A DNA stretch of 52,715 bases, taken from the sequence record OY757094.1; one strand, written 5' to 3'. This document shows, piece after piece, positions 47,125-52,715 of the stretch; within the stretch, counting starts at the first letter, position 1, and each line of letters starts with the position of its first letter. Source of the DNA: Klebsiella phage vB_Ko_K29PH164C1. The notes beneath the pieces were generated by a model. That model was not told the DNA's origin and made no database searches. It saw only the letters and a list, made by a program, of their open reading frames with translations. The position numbers and the translations under genes are program-made.

Positions 47125-47355
47125 ATGACCATGAAACTTAAAACCCTGTTAGCCGCCGTCAACGTCAACCCGCTCAACCGCAACCGCTTTGGCATGATTC
47201 GCGCCGTGCATTTCACCGTTGAAGAGCTTAAGGCGAATCGCTATACCCATCTTGCCGTTGAAATGGATGGAACAATCTTCGCATGGAGCGGAAAGATCGC
47301 CCGCTGGCTATGCGTCGCGGCGATAAATCGCTTGATGGTTGGTTTAGCAACCTGA
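47125..47355 (+). CDS. Hypothetical protein, possibly frameshifted
   Basis: MTMKLKTLLAAVNVNPLNRNRFGMIRAVHFTVEELKAN; overlapped by a +strand ORF ending at 47453. Confidence 0.4.
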   Translation: MTMKLKTLLAAVNVNPLNRNRFGMIRAVHFTVEELKANRYTHLAVEMDGTIFAWSGKIARWLCVAAINRLMVGLAT

Positions 47356-47450
47356 ATATCAATAACGGAATCCGCGATTGCAACCTCGGCGAAATGGTCG
47401 GCTCCTTGGGCTATGCCCCGGTTAACTGGCATCGCATGGTTTGGGCGCTA

Positions 47451-47493
47451 TAGCACGAATTGCTAAAAAACGATCGGGGTAAGCTGTTATAGT
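47451..47493 (+). promoter_or_regulatory. Promoter-family element
   Basis: TAGCACGAATTGCTA, 22 bp, TATAGT enclosed by GGGGTAA...TTACCCC. Confidence 0.7.
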
Positions 47494-47523
47494 TACCCCA
47501 CACCAAAAAACGAGGAAGCAGAA

Positions 47524-47943
47524 ATGACTAAGCAAGAATTCGGGCAGGTTGAAGTTATCGTGATCACCAGCGTCCCGGTTGAATATAGCGACACTTTCTC
47601 TTGCGCAATTGGCAAGCCGATTACAGCCAAGAAAACGGGTTACGGTGGCTGGCACGTCCTGGTTGCTCATGACGTAGCAACTAACCCTAATTCGATCTGG
47701 TCTAATAGCGAGGATGTTACCCTATTCCTTAGCTCGGAGTTCGCAAGGCCAGCAACGCAGCAGGAAGTGAAGGAAATGTTAGCTCCGCTGACTGGTGGGA
47801 TTGCAAAGGCAATAGGCGACTCAATGCAGGAGTACATGCGCGCCACCTCACGCGATAATCCATTCCGCCACTGGAACCGCATCAAGGGGAATCGCAAGCT
47901 GGGGTTGCCGGAAGTTTACGCCATGCAGGAGTTACGCGCATGA
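47524..47943 (+). CDS. Hypothetical protein
   Basis: ORF with RBS GAGGAAG. Confidence 0.55.
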   Translation: MTKQEFGQVEVIVITSVPVEYSDTFSCAIGKPITAKKTGYGGWHVLVAHDVATNPNSIWSNSEDVTLFLSSEFARPATQQEVKEMLAPLTGGIAKAIGDSMQEYMRATSRDNPFRHWNRIKGNRKLGLPEVYAMQELRA

Positions 47944-48176
47944 AAATGAAATGTATTGCGACCGGGAAGCATTGCTTTTTTACCATCGGCAAGACCTACG
48001 GCGCGGAGCATGGCGGGTATGATGACTCAATCCGCCGCCAGTGGGTTCACGTATGCCAAGATGACATGGTGTCGGATCTAGAAGGTGTAGATCGTTGGGT
48101 TGCCGTACCGATGCGCGGGCATAAGAACCGATTCGAGATCCCTGGCAATAATACAATCCTGGAGATTGTCGAGTGA
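47940..48176 (+). CDS. Small 'KCIA...FTIGKTY' family protein
   Basis: MKMKCIATGKHCFFTIGKTYGAEHG. Confidence 0.6.
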   Translation: MKMKCIATGKHCFFTIGKTYGAEHGGYDDSIRRQWVHVCQDDMVSDLEGVDRWVAVPMRGHKNRFEIPGNNTILEIVE

Positions 48177-48406
48177 AAATAAAATGTTTGCGCGTGGGCG
48201 GATTGCTTGCGCCTTACTTCTCGCCTGGTGTAGAATACCGGGCGTCACTCGGAGATGATGACGTAGTTCATTGTCGCGAGGATGACAAAAATACGGTAGC
48301 GGAAGATTGCATTCCCTGGTCATTCTGGCGTATGCCGAACGGGATAATCAGCGCCTACCAAAAGGAAAACCATACACTTTTTGAGGTAGTAGATCATGAC
48401 AACTAA
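48173..48406 (+). CDS. Small 'KCLR...FSPGVEY' family protein
   Basis: MKIKCLRVGGLLAPYFSPGVEYRAS. Confidence 0.6.
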   Translation: MKIKCLRVGGLLAPYFSPGVEYRASLGDDDVVHCREDDKNTVAEDCIPWSFWRMPNGIISAYQKENHTLFEVVDHDN

Positions 48407-48683
48407 AATTGGCTTTCAGTGCATCGCAATCCATGACCAATCACGCGCGGCTGGATACTTTACCGCCAACGCAATTTACCCCCTATCCGAACGAATCGAA
48501 GATAACTATCAGACCGTCATTGCTGACAACGGGCGCGGCTTCGCACTAACTCCCGGAAATGGTCGTTGGGTAAACGCTGGTGAGCCGTTCATTGAATTCC
48601 GCCAGGTTGAGATTGAAGTTGAAGATGAGCCGCTTATGACAGCGCCGGATTACATCCCTGAAGAGGAATTAAACGATGAATAA
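48396..48683 (+). CDS. Small 'QCIA...FTANAIY' family protein
   Basis: MTTKIGFQCIAIHDQSRAAGYFTANAIYPLSE. Confidence 0.55.
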   Translation: MTTKIGFQCIAIHDQSRAAGYFTANAIYPLSERIEDNYQTVIADNGRGFALTPGNGRWVNAGEPFIEFRQVEIEVEDEPLMTAPDYIPEEELNDE

Positions 48684-48918
48684 ATTATTCGAATCAGTCC
48701 GCAAGCAGTGGAATAAAGTATTCCGCCGTTATGATATCGTTGCAGAGCAAAAGCGCCTTGGCGGTACTAAGTGGACGCGACATCATATCTACCAGCGCGG
48801 CGCGTTTGGGAAGTGCGCTTACCTCGGCTACCGTTTGAACGTGGTCGATGCAATCCAGGTTATCGCGGAGCACTCAAACGGAGATTGTCACATTAACATT
48901 GCCAAGGTGAAGAAATGA
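48676..48918 (+). CDS. Hypothetical protein
   Basis: Overlapping ORF, MNKLFESVRKQWNKVFRRYDIVAEQ. Confidence 0.5.
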   Translation: MNKLFESVRKQWNKVFRRYDIVAEQKRLGGTKWTRHHIYQRGAFGKCAYLGYRLNVVDAIQVIAEHSNGDCHINIAKVKK

Positions 48919-49154
48919 CCGCTCAGAGCAACAAGGCTTTTGATTCGTATTGGCTATCGGTTGCCGCAATCCTGGCGCTGCTGTTCGTTATCGTAATAAC
49001 ACTAAGCAAGCCACCAGTGAAGCCGATCCCGGCGTGCTATGATACTAGCGAAGTGCAAGTTGTATCAGTGCATAATAGCGGCATTCAATCAACGATCGAA
49101 TATCAGTACGAAGTGCAATGTAACAACGGTGAATCATACTGGCGCAGCAAATAG
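48915..49154 (+). CDS. Small membrane protein
   Basis: SVAAILALLFVIVITLSKPPV TM helix; stop TAG in motif. Confidence 0.55.
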   Translation: MTAQSNKAFDSYWLSVAAILALLFVIVITLSKPPVKPIPACYDTSEVQVVSVHNSGIQSTIEYQYEVQCNNGESYWRSK

Positions 49155-49194
49155 CACTTTTTGCTAAGACTTTCCGCAAGGCCATTGGTATAGT
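49152..49194 (+). promoter_or_regulatory. Promoter-family element
   Basis: TAGCACTTTTTGCTA, 22 bp, TATAGT; AAGGCCA...TGGCCTT flanks. Confidence 0.7.
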
Positions 49195-49226
49195 GGCCTT
49201 ATTGAAAGCAACCAACAATAGAGGAA

Positions 49227-49415
49227 ATGGTTATGTCATTCAAGGTATACAGCAAGACCGAAGAGGCCAAAAAGCCGACCATGCGCATGTTTGATGATGC
49301 GGAGCAGGCGCAGCAGCACGCAGCAAAAGAGATCGCCGAAGGTAAGCATGTTGTTGTTACCAGCGTGCGCGAAGTGATTATTTTTGATAACGCTAGCCAG
49401 GGGGCCGAACAATGA
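49227..49415 (+). CDS. Hypothetical protein
   Basis: ORF followed by overlapping gene at 49412; start may be the internal ATG (MSFKVYSK). Confidence 0.5.
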   Translation: MVMSFKVYSKTEEAKKPTMRMFDDAEQAQQHAAKEIAEGKHVVVTSVREVIIFDNASQGAEQ

Positions 49416-49900
49416 AAACTGTAAAACTCATGATCGTAAACGCTCGCGATGAGCACAATAAGCACCGCATTGGTCAGATCTTCGACGCTCAAGTTATCGG
49501 TCGCGGTCGGTCAAAGTTCAAGCTTATCCCTCGCGATGGCCTACCCGCCTACGGCATCAACCCGGTAAGCGATGACGAAGATTTAACGATCCGTGTCGGC
49601 TTCGGCCCTGATGATGCAATTTTCCACTTGCGCAAGGTATCCAAGGCATCACCGCGCAAGCTTCTGGTTCGTGCGCTGAAAGTGATCGCCAAAGAGCGCG
49701 GGTATACTAACGCATACGTTCGCCGCTATGGCGAGTGCGCCAACATTGGCGATTGGGCGCGCCAGTGGGCGGATTGGTACATCGGGAAAGATGGTCGTTT
49801 TAACTCATCCAATACGGACTGGCTACACGGTACGGAGCACGATCCGGTAGATGGTCATGAGTTCCGGGAGTTCATGCAAGCGGAATTTGATTCTTACTGA
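49412..49900 (+). CDS. Hypothetical protein, possible distant member of small-domain family
   Basis: MKTVKLMIVNARDEHNKHRIGQIFDAQVIG. Confidence 0.55.
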   Translation: MKTVKLMIVNARDEHNKHRIGQIFDAQVIGRGRSKFKLIPRDGLPAYGINPVSDDEDLTIRVGFGPDDAIFHLRKVSKASPRKLLVRALKVIAKERGYTNAYVRRYGECANIGDWARQWADWYIGKDGRFNSSNTDWLHGTEHDPVDGHEFREFMQAEFDSY

Positions 49901-49943
49901 TAGCACTTTTTGCTAAAACTTCTCTCCGGGCCTGCGATATAGT
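49901..49943 (+). promoter_or_regulatory. Promoter-family element
   Basis: TAGCACTTTTTGCTA, 22 bp, TATAGT; GGGCCT...AGGCCC flanks. Confidence 0.7.
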
Positions 49944-49973
49944 AGGCCCACACAAACAAACGAGGATATTAAC

Positions 49974-50606
49974 ATGAACCGCTCCTACCATTTCCCTTTC
50001 GTTGTCCACTCTCGCGGCGTTGGTACTTTCCGTTACCAGCATCGGGGAGATCGCGCCATTTTTACCAACCCTCTCGGAGTAAAGGATCGCGCACCGTCAC
50101 AAATCCCGATCACTCACTTCCTGAATGCTAACGCAACAAGCAACCCCGATAACGTACCAACAAGGGATTATTACATCTCCGAGGGTTACGGGCCAGCGCC
50201 TGAATGCTCCGCACAGGAAATCGGCGAGGCAATACACTACGCCGAGGAATCGGCGCGCAATATGTTTGGGCGTGATGAATCTCGCGGGATCGTTAACTTC
50301 GGTTTTTATGGTGGCGGTCTTGTTCGCGGTGGCCTTGTTGATGGCATCAAAATTAAGTCACCTTCCGAGGTCGCAGCGTCGTTAAGCATCATCGACAAAA
50401 GATCTGTAATTGCAGTTCCAAGCAAAGAGGACGCGCTAAGAAAAGAGGTCGATCGCCTGACTGGTGAGCTTACGGCGGCTCACGCCACAATCCAGAAAGT
50501 TCGCGAAGCGATGCGTACCCGCCCCGGCGATGACGTCCAGGAGCACGCCAAGGTTTTACGCCAAATGGCCGACGCGCTCGTTAATTTATGGCGCGGTGAA
50601 AAATAG
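49974..50606 (+). CDS. Hypothetical protein
   Basis: 210-aa ORF, RBS GAGGA; stop TAG in next motif. Confidence 0.55.
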   Translation: MNRSYHFPFVVHSRGVGTFRYQHRGDRAIFTNPLGVKDRAPSQIPITHFLNANATSNPDNVPTRDYYISEGYGPAPECSAQEIGEAIHYAEESARNMFGRDESRGIVNFGFYGGGLVRGGLVDGIKIKSPSEVAASLSIIDKRSVIAVPSKEDALRKEVDRLTGELTAAHATIQKVREAMRTRPGDDVQEHAKVLRQMADALVNLWRGEK

Positions 50607-50646
50607 CACTAATTGCTAAACCTTCCGCAAGGGCATTTGATAGAAT
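50604..50646 (+). promoter_or_regulatory. Promoter-family element
   Basis: TAGCACTAATTGCTA, 22 bp, TAGAAT; GGGCAT...ATGCCC flanks. Confidence 0.7.
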
Positions 50647-50682
50647 GCCCTTATTGAAGCAACCCAATCAGGAGCTAAGCAA

Positions 50683-50955
50683 ATGGCAATCGCATATCCA
50701 ACCATCGGGAAATCATTTTTGGGCCTGGCTGTTATCGAAATCGTCAACCCGAATATTCGTCACTCAGACGATGAGCCAACCCTTGCGGAGTGGGCCGGGT
50801 TCAAGGCTGGAGATCGCTTAACGGTCGAATGTTACAGCGACGGCAGCAAGTGGGCGCAAGTGGGCCGCGAGCATCATACAGAAGAGCATGGCCAGGTTCT
50901 CGCTACAGACTGGTTCAAACTTAACGAAGAAGAATACAAGGTGATTGAAGAATGA
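50683..50955 (+). CDS. Hypothetical protein
   Basis: ORF after promoter-family element. Confidence 0.5.
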   Translation: MAIAYPTIGKSFLGLAVIEIVNPNIRHSDDEPTLAEWAGFKAGDRLTVECYSDGSKWAQVGREHHTEEHGQVLATDWFKLNEEEYKVIEE

Positions 50956-51413
50956 ACAACAAAATTTGGGTTTTGACTTATACGATCGGGACTAACGAGG
51001 GGCGCAAGCAGCGCCGCCTTACCTGTGACACCGAAGAGCAGGCAAAAATGCAGCAGGCGGTTTTAGGTGGCGACGTTCGCGAATACATCGAGTCGCCGCA
51101 ATCCTTTAAGGTGGTGTGGCCTGAAGAGATTGATGTTGATAGCGTTCTGGAGGATATCCGACGCGCTCAAATCGGATCTGGAACGTGGGCTGAGCTTTAC
51201 CAATGCAGGGTTGAGCCTGAAGGTGATTTTGAGCGCCAGGTGAAAAACGATGCTGTTCGGGAGTTGGTGGTTGATGAGGTTTCTTGTCTTATCGACGATA
51301 TGTCGAATCATTCGCCAGGTTGTCAGTGGGAAGAACCTGGTTCGTCAGCCTGGGATTTAGCGAAGGTTGAGGCGCTCAACAACATTCGAAAATTAGTTAA
51401 CGCAATTCGATAG
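50952..51413 (+). CDS. Hypothetical protein
   Basis: ATGA overlap with previous gene; stop TAG begins TAGCA. Confidence 0.5.
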   Translation: MNNKIWVLTYTIGTNEGRKQRRLTCDTEEQAKMQQAVLGGDVREYIESPQSFKVVWPEEIDVDSVLEDIRRAQIGSGTWAELYQCRVEPEGDFERQVKNDAVRELVVDEVSCLIDDMSNHSPGCQWEEPGSSAWDLAKVEALNNIRKLVNAIR

Positions 51414-51469
51414 CATTTAATCGGCCTGTATGGCATCATGCGGGCCTCAAACAAAAGAGGTTAAATCGT

Positions 51470-51694
51470 ATGTCCGAGTATTCAAAGATTGAAGATATGC
51501 CGATTGGCGCAACCCTAAAGGGTATTAACATGAGCGAGTCAGTCGATGTAATGACGCCGATAGCCTTTCCGGTAACTCAGGTCGAAACCGATAGCAAGAA
51601 GGGTTTTATCTTTATCTATAAAAATTTCAATAGCCCGCTCCGTGTTGAGGTGTTCGTTGCTCGCGGGACGTGGGTAGAATGGGAGAAGGCTTAA
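51470..51694 (+). CDS. Hypothetical protein
   Basis: MSEYSKIEDMPIGATLKGINMSESVDV. Confidence 0.5.
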   Translation: MSEYSKIEDMPIGATLKGINMSESVDVMTPIAFPVTQVETDSKKGFIFIYKNFNSPLRVEVFVARGTWVEWEKA

Positions 51695-51927
51695 TGTTCG
51701 GTTTGAGCGAGGGGCATTACAACATCGTTAAGCAGGCAGCGCGACGTTGCGCCGAAGATATCAAGACTACCATCAAGCGGGATAAAGCGACTTATGACCA
51801 GGTGGCGGCTGGTAAGATCTCGGAGCATCACGAAAAGATTAATACGCTCGTTTCTCGCGGGCAATTCATTTGGTTAATCGGCTATCTTCAAGGCCGATTC
51901 GGTTCAACTAATGCGGAGTATGAATAA
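51694..51927 (+). CDS. Hypothetical protein (probable start MFGLSEGHYNIVKQ)
   Basis: Internal ATG overlapping the preceding stop; ORF track start 51670. Confidence 0.45.
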   Translation: MFGLSEGHYNIVKQAARRCAEDIKTTIKRDKATYDQVAAGKISEHHEKINTLVSRGQFIWLIGYLQGRFGSTNAEYE

Positions 51928-52124
51928 TGAGCTTTCCAGTTAAGGGCGGCGCAATCGTCGCGAAGAGCAGCAGCGCAGAATTCACGGCGGGTTGCGAGTA
52001 TCAGATCGAGAAGGTTAGCAGGTGGCGCGGCTTGACGATGGTCAAAGTGTACAACGACAACGGCGACCCGGTAAGCATCGAATACCCGCATGATAAAGAT
52101 TTTGGTATTTTCGAAACGGTTTAG
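51927..52124 (+). CDS. Small 'FTAGCEY' family protein
   Basis: AIVAKSSSAEFTAGCEYQIEKVSRW. Confidence 0.5.
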   Translation: MSFPVKGGAIVAKSSSAEFTAGCEYQIEKVSRWRGLTMVKVYNDNGDPVSIEYPHDKDFGIFETV

Positions 52125-52153
52125 TTGACATGTCGCGCTGACCGGGTTACTAT
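52125..52153 (+). promoter_or_regulatory. Sigma70-like promoter
   Basis: TTGACA - 17 bp - TACTAT. Confidence 0.6.
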
Positions 52154-52230
52154 CTCAACCGTAAACACAAGAGGCGCTATATATGCGCAACGCTTGCCCC
52201 GCTTAGGGGCATTTATTCGGAGGCTGAAGC

Positions 52231-52416
52231 ATGAAGTACGGTGTTATGCTGCAATCTCGAAAGATGGGGGGATTCTGTAAAAGTTGCGTGCAGAATCATT
52301 CCTTTGAAGTAGAAGCAAACAGCAACGAGGAAGCGGTAAGCAAGGCGAAAGAGGCATCCGGCCTTAACCTTGACTACTACAAAATCAATATTCTCTATGT
52401 AAGGATCTCAAAATGA
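52231..52416 (+). CDS. Hypothetical protein
   Basis: RBS GGAGG; MKYGVMLQSRKMGGFCKSCVQNHSF. Confidence 0.5.
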   Translation: MKYGVMLQSRKMGGFCKSCVQNHSFEVEANSNEEAVSKAKEASGLNLDYYKINILYVRISK

Positions 52417-52715
52417 CAGCATTACTTTTTGTTTTATTCTTCCTGGTATCATTCCTTATCGGCTCGGCGGCAACCTTCTTTGTTGTTGCGCTGGTTATCC
52501 GCGAAGATGTTAAAAATGGTGAGGGCGTATTCGTCACCTATCGCGAAAAAGATGATCGTTGGCTGGTATTTGGTGATGTAGATGAAACAATCAACAAAAT
52601 GCGAAATCACTTCCGCGAGCCTGAAGTTTTCAATAAGGCGCGTCTTGATAAGCTGGAGGCCGAAAGCAAGGCCAAGCGAAAGGCAGCTAAAGCGCGCCGA
52701 TGGTATCGCAAGTAA
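52413..52715 (+). CDS. Membrane-anchored hypothetical protein
   Basis: MTALLFVLFFLVSFLIGSAATFFVVALVI TM segment; ends exactly at window end. Confidence 0.5.
   Translation: MTALLFVLFFLVSFLIGSAATFFVVALVIREDVKNGEGVFVTYREKDDRWLVFGDVDETINKMRNHFREPEVFNKARLDKLEAESKAKRKAAKARRWYRK

Noticed and set aside
51411-51455. Another full promoter-family copy at the stop of the 50952-51413 ORF
   Set aside because: It begins TAGCA but the second arm (TCGGC) and the -10 at the expected +37 position are absent; treated as a decayed or chance copy.
1-52715. Temperate phage / prophage
   Set aside because: No integrase, excisionase, ParA/B or CI-type repressor recognised; the single HTH gene is insufficient evidence.
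1-52715. tRNA genes or a DGR (template repeat/reverse transcriptase)
   Set aside because: No cloverleaf-like segment or RT-like ORF noticed by eye. A tRNAscan/DGR search was not possible, so absence is not proven.

Overview
The window looks like a complete, or nearly complete, circularly permuted lytic tailed-phage genome with a lambda-like siphovirus tail module. Left arm (+): terminase, DUF1073-type portal, capsid, connector and tail genes, including a lambda G/GT-type -1 frameshift and a 2.2-kaa J-like tail-tip protein with a very long internal coiled-coil repeat. Next are three minus-strand genes (one secreted, two tail-associated-like) and an S74-chaperone tail fibre. The middle carries SSB, an ERF annealase, a RecE-like nuclease, a primase, an HTH regulator, a helicase, a VRR-NUC, Dam, a phosphoesterase, a HAD protein, an NMP kinase, a holin/SAR-endolysin/u-spanin cassette and a DUF3987 protein. 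The right arm is packed with small uncharacterised genes. Main observations: (1) a family of at least 15 near-identical promoter-like elements, TAGCA-N5-TGCTA followed by about 22 bp and a TATART -10, in the middle and right arm. The motif's TAG is often the stop codon of the preceding gene, and variable but self-complementary arms often flank the -10. (2) Two inverted homologous AT-rich regions with GGTAAG repeats, about 15.7 kb apart (origin or regulatory candidates). (3) An expanded family of small 'KC...FTxGKxY' proteins. (4) An exact 127-bp tandem duplication that frameshifts the VRR-NUC gene and matches the size of an untrimmed k=127 assembly overlap. All family names come from motif and synteny recognition; no database search was run.
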